Notes: generated from the sequence alone by a model not told the origin. Shown: positions 17,602 through 26,216, counted from the first letter of the stretch. The stretch is 64,000 nucleotides of DNA from Candidatus Nomurabacteria bacterium (GCA_023898465.1 CP060223.1:256001-320000), one strand, 5' to 3'. Program-made: numbers and translations.

Positions 17602-18261
17602 ATGATTGGATATATATTACTCATTATCTCAGTTGTTGAAGTAATACTCGGTTTTTATTTGATTTTTCGATATGTAAAAAGTCCAGCAACTATATATTAC
17701 GGCCTATTCGCGCTAAGTGTAGCACTCTATGTAGGTGCAAACGGGTATGGTTTTAGTCCGTTTTCAGAAAATGATATATGGCTGGAAATAATTGCCTGGA
17801 TTGGCGGGACCTTTACCGCTCCTTTTATTCTTGGCTTCAGTTACTCATTCCCTTATCCACGTAAGTCCAATAAGGAAATACTGTCTTTAGTTCTTAGTCC
17901 ACTCGTTTTTTTCTTCGTCGTAATACTTTTTTCTAATACTTTTGTAGATCATAATAGTGTTATCAGCTTTGATGAAGGATTTCAAAGACCTGTCGGGGAG
18001 TTACACTGGTTTGTATTATCAGTATTCTTTTTCTATTGGGTTTGGTCTTTTATTGAACTAGTAAAGAGTCGAAAAAAATCCGACGGCTTTAATAAGAATT
18101 TTCTTCTTATTTTAATTATAGGCTTAGTTTTTTCTTTGTTGGTTTCGGTATTTACTAACATCATTCATCCACTTGTCGATGTTTCAAAGTTAGGTTATAT
18201 GGGCCCCTTAGCCTCTTCAATCTGGCTATTTATTACTGGGTACTTGATATTGAGGAAGTAA
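17602..18261 (+). CDS. Stand-alone 7TM module, paralog 2
   Basis: 219 aa, collinear with paralog 1 (LLIISVVE..YLIFRY.KS.AT.YYGLFA, APFILGFSYSFP, SSIWLF). Starts 1 nt after the upstream stop. Confidence 0.8.
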   Translation: MIGYILLIISVVEVILGFYLIFRYVKSPATIYYGLFALSVALYVGANGYGFSPFSENDIWLEIIAWIGGTFTAPFILGFSYSFPYPRKSNKEILSLVLSPLVFFFVVILFSNTFVDHNSVISFDEGFQRPVGELHWFVLSVFFFYWVWSFIELVKSRKKSDGFNKNFLLILIIGLVFSLLVSVFTNIIHPLVDVSKLGYMGPLASSIWLFITGYLILRK

Positions 18262-18932
18262 TGAACACCTTTCATTTAGTTTTACTTTTTACACTTTTCT
18301 TTATTCACGCGACTCTCGCAATATGGATGTTGCGTAGATATGTGCAGACGCTATCCATTCGTTATTACTCAGGCTTTTTATTTGGACTAGCACTTATTGC
18401 ACTATTAAATGGTTTATTGCTGTTATTTGGCGGTCAGGAGAGTCAAACAGTCCTTCATAAGATCGGCTTTATCTCAGGCACCTTCACTTTTGTGATGTTC
18501 TTTATGTTTAGTAAGTACTTTCCAATTTCTACTGCAAGACCAAACTCCCGCGACATTCTTTTTTGGGTAATTCCGATTACATTTTTTATTCCATTCATAC
18601 TTTTTAATCAGCAGTTTATCCAGTCTGTGATTATAGAAAATGGAATAAGTAAGCCTACATTTGGAGTCTGGTATACACCATTTATGTTAGTTTTGGCCAC
18701 CTTTGTTCTGGGGGCTATCTATAATCTCATACAGAAATATAAAATAACCACTGAACTTGAAATTAGGAAGAACATTAGAGACATTACGGCAGTATTTTTC
18801 GTATCAGGACTCCTTGGCTTTTTGTTGGACGTTGTGTTGCCAAGGTTTAATGTTTATACGGCACATTACTTTGCCATTGAATCTTCACTTTTTGTTGCGC
18901 TAACTACTGCAATTATTATTGCAAAGAAGTAA
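18261..18932 (+). CDS. Stand-alone 7TM module, paralog 3 (divergent)
   Basis: 223 aa with the same helix layout. TAATG overlap with paralog 2. Ends ...AIIIAKK*. Confidence 0.75.
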   Translation: MNTFHLVLLFTLFFIHATLAIWMLRRYVQTLSIRYYSGFLFGLALIALLNGLLLLFGGQESQTVLHKIGFISGTFTFVMFFMFSKYFPISTARPNSRDILFWVIPITFFIPFILFNQQFIQSVIIENGISKPTFGVWYTPFMLVLATFVLGAIYNLIQKYKITTELEIRKNIRDITAVFFVSGLLGFLLDVVLPRFNVYTAHYFAIESSLFVALTTAIIIAKK

Positions 18933-18933
18933 G

Positions 18934-19605
18934 ATGAAAGAGTTTCTCATCATTGCAAATTATCTGGTTGGAATAGGGGAGTTGATGCTCGCTGGATATT
19001 TTTGGAAAACAAACAGCGGCAGCGCAATTCGGAAGGTGATGGTGTTGTTGGCGTTTTCGACTGGTATGTGGGTCATTTTTACCGGAACCTTTACCTACCG
19101 CTGGATTTTGCTTGATTACTTTGATCTCGGCATATCATTTGTATATTTCTTTGGAATTTTGTTCCTTACCGCCTTACTTCATTTAGTAATTCTCTTTCCT
19201 CACAAGATTTTCCCGTTTGATAGGCTACATACAGTTTTGTTGTATATTCCAACACTCATATTAGGTTTTGCCGCTTTTACTCCAGCGATAATTAAAGAAA
19301 ATATCACTCCGTCGAGCGGGTATACCACAAGTTATCCCGGACCAGCACATTGGATGTTTAATAGCTATCTTTTTCTCATGTATGCAATGGTGATAATCCT
19401 ACTCATTGTTAAGATCAAGCGTTTTGATGGATTTAGCAGAGATAACGCAAAAACTTTGCTTTGGGGTATTATTTTAGGCGGCCTACCCATCGTTTTCTTA
19501 GATTTGGTTTTGACAACTTTGGGCATCTACCCAAATGCTGCCGTTGCCAGCCTTTTCACAGTTGTCTGGCTTGGGTTTACTACTTACATAATTGTACGGA
19601 AATGA
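18934..19605 (+). CDS. Stand-alone 7TM module, paralog 4
   Basis: The ATG at 18934 lies 1 nt after the paralog 3 stop (ORF track start is 18919). Ends ...TTYIIVRK*. Confidence 0.75.
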   Translation: MKEFLIIANYLVGIGELMLAGYFWKTNSGSAIRKVMVLLAFSTGMWVIFTGTFTYRWILLDYFDLGISFVYFFGILFLTALLHLVILFPHKIFPFDRLHTVLLYIPTLILGFAAFTPAIIKENITPSSGYTTSYPGPAHWMFNSYLFLMYAMVIILLIVKIKRFDGFSRDNAKTLLWGIILGGLPIVFLDLVLTTLGIYPNAAVASLFTVVWLGFTTYIIVRK

Positions 19606-20288
19606 ACGGAGAAATAGTATTTTTTGATTTAATTTTACTTAGCGTTGTTGGATTATTAGAATTAGCCTTTGGGATTTATTTAATAGTCCGTTATGTGAGG
19701 ACAAGTTCGATAGTATTTTTTGCACTTTTCGTTTTCTTTCTTTCTTTGTGGGTGCTTACAAATGCGGCTGCTTTCGTAATACCAATACATAATGTCTTCT
19801 TTGATATTGATTCAAAGTTGAGTTTTGTTTTTGCAATATTACTTTTTCCAGCGCTATACTTATATGTAATTAATTTTCCCATCCCTACAATATTAATAAA
19901 TTGGCGTTTAATACTTTTTGTGTTTACTGCGCCAATACTTCTTAGTACAATGATTTTAGGGTCGGGAACGGTTGTATTTGGATTTGATAAATTGATAGAG
20001 AATCAGCCAACTATATTTGGAGAAGCTTTTTGGGCCTATTCTTTTTATATGTTGTTCATGTATGCAATTATTTTATTTGAATTAATAAGGCAGATTAATA
20101 AGTCCAAGGGTTCTCACAGATGGTATGCACAAATTTTATTTTTTGCTGTTTTCATTTCTGGCGCAATAGGGCTATTATTTAATCTTGTTCTGCCTTCGAT
20201 GTTCGATATTAGAATTGCTTATTGGATAGCCCCATCTAGTTCAATTATTTGGCTTGCTCTTGTTTGGTGGGCGACGCAGAGGAAATAA
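19602..20288 (+). CDS. Stand-alone 7TM module, paralog 5
   Basis: ATGA overlap with paralog 4. The ORF track start at 19461 runs inside paralog 4. Ends ...SSSIIWLALVWWATQRK*. Confidence 0.75.
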   Translation: MNGEIVFFDLILLSVVGLLELAFGIYLIVRYVRTSSIVFFALFVFFLSLWVLTNAAAFVIPIHNVFFDIDSKLSFVFAILLFPALYLYVINFPIPTILINWRLILFVFTAPILLSTMILGSGTVVFGFDKLIENQPTIFGEAFWAYSFYMLFMYAIILFELIRQINKSKGSHRWYAQILFFAVFISGAIGLLFNLVLPSMFDIRIAYWIAPSSSIIWLALVWWATQRK

Positions 20289-20290
20289 TT

Positions 20291-20959
20291 ATGGATTATG
20301 GTGTATACTTATTATTAGTTATTGCGGGCCTAGAACTTTGGTTGACAATATACATATTTACTCGCTACCAAAGAACAAAAGCTATTTTTTTCTTTGGACT
20401 CTTTACTGCTTGTGTGACTGGATGGGTGCTAACTAATTCTATTCCGCTTCTTTTTTCCTATTCAAGTTGGCAATCTGATTTTTTGCAACGCCTCTCGTTT
20501 TCTTTTGCTGCATTTATTTTTCCTTTTCTTTATTATTATATTCTTTTACATCCATTTCCAAGCATTGATATCAACAAGCGATTCATATTATTCACATCCC
20601 TCCCGGCCTTCTTTGTTTCTATTGCCACTCTCTTTGATAAAAACTTTGTTATAGGATTCTATGATACCTCAGTAAGGGCAACAATATACGGCGACTCTTT
20701 TTGGATGTATGCGGTAGTTATGTTGCTATTTGCAATTCTTATTCCTGTGGAAATAATTTTAAAAAGAAGAAGACTGGATGGATATTATCGCTACCAATTC
20801 AAATTATTATTCAGCGCCTATTTGTTTTCAGCGGCAGTAGGATTACTAATTAATTTAATATTGCCATATTTTTTCGACTTAAAAATTAACTATTGGCTTG
20901 GGCCCGCGTCATCGATTATTTGGGTGAGTATGGTTTGGTGGGTTATTAATAGAAGGTAA
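20291..20959 (+). CDS. Stand-alone 7TM module, paralog 6
   Basis: The ATG lies 2 nt after the paralog 5 stop. Closest to paralog 5 (..ASSIIWVSMVWWVINRR*). Confidence 0.75.
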   Translation: MDYGVYLLLVIAGLELWLTIYIFTRYQRTKAIFFFGLFTACVTGWVLTNSIPLLFSYSSWQSDFLQRLSFSFAAFIFPFLYYYILLHPFPSIDINKRFILFTSLPAFFVSIATLFDKNFVIGFYDTSVRATIYGDSFWMYAVVMLLFAILIPVEIILKRRRLDGYYRYQFKLLFSAYLFSAAVGLLINLILPYFFDLKINYWLGPASSIIWVSMVWWVINRR

Positions 20960-20981
20960 TGTTTAATTGCGATTTTCAAAA

Positions 20982-21641
20982 ATGACAATAGGACATGTAG
21001 TTGAAGAATTTAAAAGTCGGTATATTAAAAGACAACTAGATCATAATTTTATTGTTTTAGAGACTCAAAATAACAACCAACTAAATTTATCATATAGATT
21101 AAGATACGAAGTATATTGTCTAGAATGTAAATATTTAGACGTGAATAATTATCCCAATAGGTCTGAAAAGGATGAGTATGATGATTGTTCAATACATTTC
21201 ATCGCAATAAATAAAAAGACAAAAAATGTTGTTGGCACAATTCGACTTATTAAACGCACTAATAGGAATTTGCCAATAGAGCATGATTTTGGAATTTCTC
21301 TGAATGGATCAATTAGTTCTAAAAAAGTTGTGGAGATTTCTAGACTAGCGGTTGATAAAAAATTTAGGAAGTCGAGTTTAAAGCATCCAAGTATTATGTT
21401 AGGTTTATTAAAAGCATGCTATAGATACGCCGAAGAAAATGGAATTGCAATGTTTGTAGCGGCAATAGATCAAAATGTATATAATATGTTAAAAAAGTTT
21501 CGTTTTTCATTTAATTTATTAGGGGAACCAAAACATTATATGGGTTCAATCTCAGTACCCGTGTTAATTGATATCGAAAAAGAATCGCAGTGGTTAAAAA
21601 TAGTAAATCCTGGACTATGGACATTTCTTTCAAGCAATTAG
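20982..21641 (+). CDS. GNAT-fold N-acyl amino acid / acyl-homoserine-lactone-synthase-like acyltransferase (FeeM / PEP-CTERM-associated acyltransferase-like)
   Basis: LSYRLRYEVYCLECKYLD, IHFIAI...VVGTIRLI, VVEISRLAVDKKFR and MFVAAID follow the pattern I recall for the LuxI-related Acetyltransf_5/N-acyl amino acid synthase family. The ORF track starts at the TTG at 20967; the ATG at 20982 is preferred. Confidence 0.55.
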   Translation: MTIGHVVEEFKSRYIKRQLDHNFIVLETQNNNQLNLSYRLRYEVYCLECKYLDVNNYPNRSEKDEYDDCSIHFIAINKKTKNVVGTIRLIKRTNRNLPIEHDFGISLNGSISSKKVVEISRLAVDKKFRKSSLKHPSIMLGLLKACYRYAEENGIAMFVAAIDQNVYNMLKKFRFSFNLLGEPKHYMGSISVPVLIDIEKESQWLKIVNPGLWTFLSSN

Positions 21642-22276
21642 CTCATAAAATTGTATTATTCTATTTAAGACGGGCTAGCCACAAAAAATACCTAACATTT
21701 AGCTTTAGCGATCTTATTATACTCTGTCCCCCAAACGTGTTCCCGCCTAATTCGTTTACCACTGACCTAATGGCTAAGTGGCTAGTAAACGAAGAGATGG
21801 AAGGTAAACAGGTTTTAGAGATGGGTTGTGGAAGTGGATACATTTCGATTATTGCCGCACGAAAAGGGGCAAAAGTAATTGCAAGCGACATCAGCCCTAT
21901 CGCGGTTGATGCCGCAAAAATCAATACCATAATAAATAAGATAAAAAATGTCGAATGTTATTGCTCGGACTTATTTTCTAACTTAGAAGGAAAGTTTGAT
22001 TTAATTCTCTTCAACGCACCTTTTTTTCATGGAGAACCCACTTCTTTATTAGATAACAATTGGATGAGTAAGGATGGGGAGGTGGTCAGTAAATTTTTTA
22101 AAGACGCAAGAGAATATATTAATCCAATGGGGAAGGTAGTTATTACTAGTTCGACTCTAGTTAATCAAGATGCTCTGAAAATATTAATTAAAGAAAGCGG
22201 ATTTAATATTGAAAACGTGAAAACAAAAAATATTATTATTGAAAAATTTTTCTTGTATGAATGTAGAGCTTTTTAA
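21617..22276 (+). CDS. Class I SAM-dependent methyltransferase (HemK/PrmC-like amino-methyltransferase pattern)
   Basis: Motif I is VLEMGCGSGYISI, the acidic loop is ASDIS, and motif IV is FNAPFF (an NPPY-like variant). The start is ambiguous (GTG at 21590 or ATG at 21617) and overlaps the upstream gene. Confidence 0.7.
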   Translation: MDISFKQLAHKIVLFYLRRASHKKYLTFSFSDLIILCPPNVFPPNSFTTDLMAKWLVNEEMEGKQVLEMGCGSGYISIIAARKGAKVIASDISPIAVDAAKINTIINKIKNVECYCSDLFSNLEGKFDLILFNAPFFHGEPTSLLDNNWMSKDGEVVSKFFKDAREYINPMGKVVITSSTLVNQDALKILIKESGFNIENVKTKNIIIEKFFLYECRAF

Positions 22277-23021
22277 TAGAAATCAACCATTTATAACTAA
22301 AAAAGAACAAAAAATTCTCACAAAACAGAAAGTTTGTTTTATTGGATGTGGTCTTGCAAGTCAAGCCGCACTCCTTATTGCCAGGACAGGTATTGGAAAA
22401 ATAGTACTTTGTGATGGAGACAAGGTCGAGTTGAGTAATCTTAACAGGCAAGCATTTGACATTGGTGATATTGGAGAAAACAAAGCAGAAAGCTTAATGA
22501 GAAAGATATTAAGCATCAATTCAAATATTGAAGTGGAGCAGTATCCGGTTTTTTTAAAAAAATCGATTATTTCAAATGTAATAAAAGATTCAGATATTGT
22601 AGTGAGCACAGTTGATGCGGGTCCTTTATATTTTGAAATTCAGGAATATATTAATAAAAAAGGCATTATGGGAATATTCCCCATGAATATTGCCTTTGGA
22701 TCACTCGTATTCGTATCAAAAAATGGAAAGGGTGATTTTAAATCGTTATTTGGGGAGAAATTACCTGAAAATAATTCTGAATTTTTTTATCAACTTTACA
22801 ATAAACTTAAACAAAATGTACCAAGCTATTTATCTCCTCATATTGAAATCTTATTAAGTGGATTTAAAACAAACAGTCCAATTCCACAGCTAGGATTAAC
22901 GACTTTACTTACCGCATCTTTGATTACTGAGATAATACTGGCTGGGAACAGGGCTGAGCAATTATTGTTAACTCCAAGATTCTATTATTTTGATATTCGT
23001 GAATTCGTTCGAAATGGATAA
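22257..23021 (+). CDS. ThiF/MoeB/HesA-family E1-like adenylyltransferase
   Basis: KVCFIGCGLASQAALLIARTGIGKIVLCDGDKVELSNLNRQ carries the canonical ThiF nucleotide-binding signature. The protein is about 254 aa with no rhodanese or CxxC tail. It overlaps both neighbours. Confidence 0.75.
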   Translation: MNVELFNRNQPFITKKEQKILTKQKVCFIGCGLASQAALLIARTGIGKIVLCDGDKVELSNLNRQAFDIGDIGENKAESLMRKILSINSNIEVEQYPVFLKKSIISNVIKDSDIVVSTVDAGPLYFEIQEYINKKGIMGIFPMNIAFGSLVFVSKNGKGDFKSLFGEKLPENNSEFFYQLYNKLKQNVPSYLSPHIEILLSGFKTNSPIPQLGLTTLLTASLITEIILAGNRAEQLLLTPRFYYFDIREFVRNG

Positions 23022-25785
23022 ATTGCTAATCCCACAAAATTTAGCACTTATTATATTGCTCTTCGGATATTTAAGTCTGATAATTCTTCTTTTGAGACGC
23101 GAGAACACAAGTAGTAGATTATTTGGTGCTACCGTTATTACTCTCTCTCTTTGGATATTATCAATTTTACTTTTAAATATCAGCTCCTCAAAAGAAGAAA
23201 TTTTATTCTTTTCGCGATCGTCATTTATCGGGCCAATTATTCTCATACCAACATTCCTTCTTTTTTCTTGGTATTTTCCGAAAAAAACTATACATCTAAG
23301 GAAAAGTATTATTATTGTCGTTTCTTTAACGGCATGCTTCTTTTTAATTGCGACGTTTACGCCGTATGTAATTCAAGATGTCACAATAAAAGTAGGTGAA
23401 GGAGTCAGTCTAACCTATCAACTTGGAACACTATATTTTTTCCAATTTATTTTTTTAGCATTCTCATTACTTTATTCTTTTTTTATTCTTTATAAAAAAT
23501 ATAAAAAATCAAAAGGCCTAGAAAAATTACAAATTAGATATCTTTTTCTTGGCACCGTTATTACTGCAGTATTGACCTTGAGTACTAACGTAATTTTACC
23601 AATTTTTAATTTTTCATCTCTTGCTGGATTTGGCCCTCTTAGTACTCTATTTCTCTTATTTTTTATTTCATATGCCATCATCCGCCACCGCCTCCTCGAC
23701 ATCCGTCTTGTTATCACGCGTTCCTTAATTTATTTTTTCCTTATCCTGTTCGTCGCAGGATCATTTACTGGAATTACCTTACTCGCAAAGTTATTATTTG
23801 AAGAATTTGTTGGTGAAATAACCGCTACAATACTTGTTTCTCTCATCATCGTTATTGGTTTCGAGCCATTGAAGCGATGGGTCTCTCGTTCTACTGACTC
23901 GGTTTTTTATAAGGCAAAAATTGACTACGCTGATGTGTTGCGGGAAATCAGCGAAATTATTAACCGTGAAATTGTCCTGGATCCGCTCGTCACCTCCATC
24001 AGCGCCACGCTTGAGAGTAGGCTCAAGCTCAAGCACGCGGGCATTGCATTGAAAAGCGCCAAGGGGGATTTTGTTGAATACATAAACCACGATCACTTTG
24101 ATCCCAAAACCTTTTCCAGCCGATCCGGTATGATCGGATTCTTACGTTTCACATCTCGTATCACCATTTTAGAATCGCTCGAGCGCAAAATTCAGGACAC
24201 GAGCGAAGGGGACGAATTAAAAGAGTTGAAGCGATCGCGCGAGGAAATGGAAACGAACCACATTGCCTTAGCTGCTCCGATTGTGGCGCAAGGCAAATTC
24301 AACGCAGTCCTCATCCTGGGGCCGAAACTTTCCGGTGATAGCTTCTCGACCGAAGAGTTGAAGATGATTGAAACGTTGACTCCGCAGATCGGATCAGCGA
24401 TTGAGAAATCCATGCTCTTCGAAGAGGTGAAGAACTTCTCCAGTCAATTAAAGGTGAAAGTTGATGAGGCGACAAAGGAGTTGAAAGAGCGCAATCGTTT
24501 CCTTGGCGCTTTGCAGGATATCACGAGCACCATTACGCACTCTCTTGATTACAAAAAAGTAGGACAGGACATTGTGGACGGAGTAGCCAAGAAGCTCGGT
24601 TACATCGGTGCCGTGCTCCTGCTCTATGATCCAAAGACTGGCCAGTCATGGGCTGAGGCAATTACGCAAACGCCGGTTACTCGCGCGGCAATGAAATTAC
24701 TGCCCAAGCCGGTGAACGAATACCATGGGCACGTGGATGAGAATTCCATGACCGACCAAGTTATTTTGACTGGTGAAATGCGCGAAAGTGATTCACTAGC
24801 TGAATTCTTAGCACCGGCCGTGCCTAAAGCTTTTTGTTTCGCCATGCAGAAGTTGATTCGCGCAAAGTATATTGTGGCAGTGCCAATCTATGCCGAGGGT
24901 GAAATTCTCGGTGCCTTGGTTTTTGTGCTCGGGAAGAAGAAAGAGGAGATCAGTAGTCAGGAGCGGGCTATGATGATCGCTTTAGGTGACCAGGCCGGAA
25001 TCGTGCTGCACAATATTAAACTCTTTGATCGCATCCAGGATACGAATAAGCAGTTGGAGCAGGCGAATGAACACTTGAAGCAGCTTGATCAAGCTAAGTC
25101 GGAATTCGTCTCCATTGCCTCGCACCAATTACGCACGCCGATGACTGGCATTATGGGCTATCTTTCCATGATGGTGCAGGGGGATTTCGGTAAAATGGAG
25201 CCGGAGCACACCAAACTGCTGACTGAATTGTTGAGTGAGAGTCAGCGCATGATTCGTCTCATCAACCTCTTCTTGAACGTCTCAAAGATTGAGTCAGGTA
25301 AGATGACGATTAACAAGCAGCCGACGCAGATTAAGGATCTCATTGACCAACAGATTAAGGATCAGAAAAAGCCAGCCGAGGATAAAGGATTGGTGCTGAA
25401 AGTGGAAGTTGATAAAGAGCTGCCGATAATTGAAGCTGACGGTGATAAGCTCATGAACGTGGTGCAGAACCTGATTGATAACGCTATCAAATATACAGAG
25501 CGGGGAAGCGTGACTGTTCGCGCCTTTCAGACCGATGGCCATATCCAGGTAGAAATTCAAGACACTGGCGTTGGTATTAAGCGCGAAGATGTGCATGAAC
25601 TCTTTGGTAAGTTTGTGCGCGGGTCTGGCATTGCGCAGATCAATCCTGATGGCTCCGGTCTCGGACTCTTTATTGCCAAGTCAATTGTGGAAATGCACGG
25701 CGGTAAGATTTGGGTAGAATCAGAAGGTGAAGGGAAAGGTACTAAATTCGCATTCACGATACCAATTACACAGCCGAAAAAATGA
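23014..25785 (+). CDS. Sensor histidine kinase: N-terminal 7TM module + GAF-like regions + HisKA + HATPase_c
   Basis: About 230 aa of 7TM region, then long soluble GAF-like regions. H-box FVSIASHQLRTPMT, N-box NLIDNAIKYT, G-boxes DTGVGI and GSGLGL. The ATG at 23014 overlaps the ThiF stop by 8 nt. Confidence 0.9.
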   Translation: MDKLLIPQNLALIILLFGYLSLIILLLRRENTSSRLFGATVITLSLWILSILLLNISSSKEEILFFSRSSFIGPIILIPTFLLFSWYFPKKTIHLRKSIIIVVSLTACFFLIATFTPYVIQDVTIKVGEGVSLTYQLGTLYFFQFIFLAFSLLYSFFILYKKYKKSKGLEKLQIRYLFLGTVITAVLTLSTNVILPIFNFSSLAGFGPLSTLFLLFFISYAIIRHRLLDIRLVITRSLIYFFLILFVAGSFTGITLLAKLLFEEFVGEITATILVSLIIVIGFEPLKRWVSRSTDSVFYKAKIDYADVLREISEIINREIVLDPLVTSISATLESRLKLKHAGIALKSAKGDFVEYINHDHFDPKTFSSRSGMIGFLRFTSRITILESLERKIQDTSEGDELKELKRSREEMETNHIALAAPIVAQGKFNAVLILGPKLSGDSFSTEELKMIETLTPQIGSAIEKSMLFEEVKNFSSQLKVKVDEATKELKERNRFLGALQDITSTITHSLDYKKVGQDIVDGVAKKLGYIGAVLLLYDPKTGQSWAEAITQTPVTRAAMKLLPKPVNEYHGHVDENSMTDQVILTGEMRESDSLAEFLAPAVPKAFCFAMQKLIRAKYIVAVPIYAEGEILGALVFVLGKKKEEISSQERAMMIALGDQAGIVLHNIKLFDRIQDTNKQLEQANEHLKQLDQAKSEFVSIASHQLRTPMTGIMGYLSMMVQGDFGKMEPEHTKLLTELLSESQRMIRLINLFLNVSKIESGKMTINKQPTQIKDLIDQQIKDQKKPAEDKGLVLKVEVDKELPIIEADGDKLMNVVQNLIDNAIKYTERGSVTVRAFQTDGHIQVEIQDTGVGIKREDVHELFGKFVRGSGIAQINPDGSGLGLFIAKSIVEMHGGKIWVESEGEGKGTKFAFTIPITQPKK

Positions 25786-26216
25786 AACAGGTAAGGGGGA
25801 AACAACCAAAACGCATCCTACTTGTCGAGGACGAGCCGCTCTTAGCAACGATGTATATGTTGGCGTTGCAGCAACGAGTAAAGGCTGAGGTGTACGGGGC
25901 TAAGACACGCGAAGAAGCGGAGCGCATTATTGAGCGTGTGAAGCCGGATTTAGTGCTGCTTGATCTCATGATTCCCTCGATTACCATCCAAGACACGGAG
26001 CAGGATTTTCATCATCCAGTAGGGCTGCAATTCTTAGCCCAAATTCGGAAGAGTCCAAAGACGCGTTCAATCAAGGTAATGATTCTCTCCAACCTTGATG
26101 CGGATGAGCAACGCAAGCGGGCCATTGATTTAGGTGCCGAGGATTACCTATTAAAAGCCAGTCTGCAGCCGCACGCGATTGTGGAAAAGGTAAAGCATAG
26201 TTTAGGGATAAAATAA
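25782..26216 (+). CDS. Stand-alone response-regulator receiver (CheY-like) protein
   Basis: ILLVEDEP, DLVLLDLMIP and a lysine in ..LLKAS. There is no output domain. ATGA overlap with the kinase stop. Confidence 0.85.
   Translation: MKQVRGKQPKRILLVEDEPLLATMYMLALQQRVKAEVYGAKTREEAERIIERVKPDLVLLDLMIPSITIQDTEQDFHHPVGLQFLAQIRKSPKTRSIKVMILSNLDADEQRKRAIDLGAEDYLLKASLQPHAIVEKVKHSLGIK

Noticed and set aside
16941-20959. Regular periodicity of about 670 nt that might suggest a repeat array, CRISPR-like locus or satellite.
   Set aside because: The units are full-length diverged protein-coding paralogs with intact starts and stops. Nucleotide identity between units is low. No short direct repeats with spacers are present anywhere in the window.
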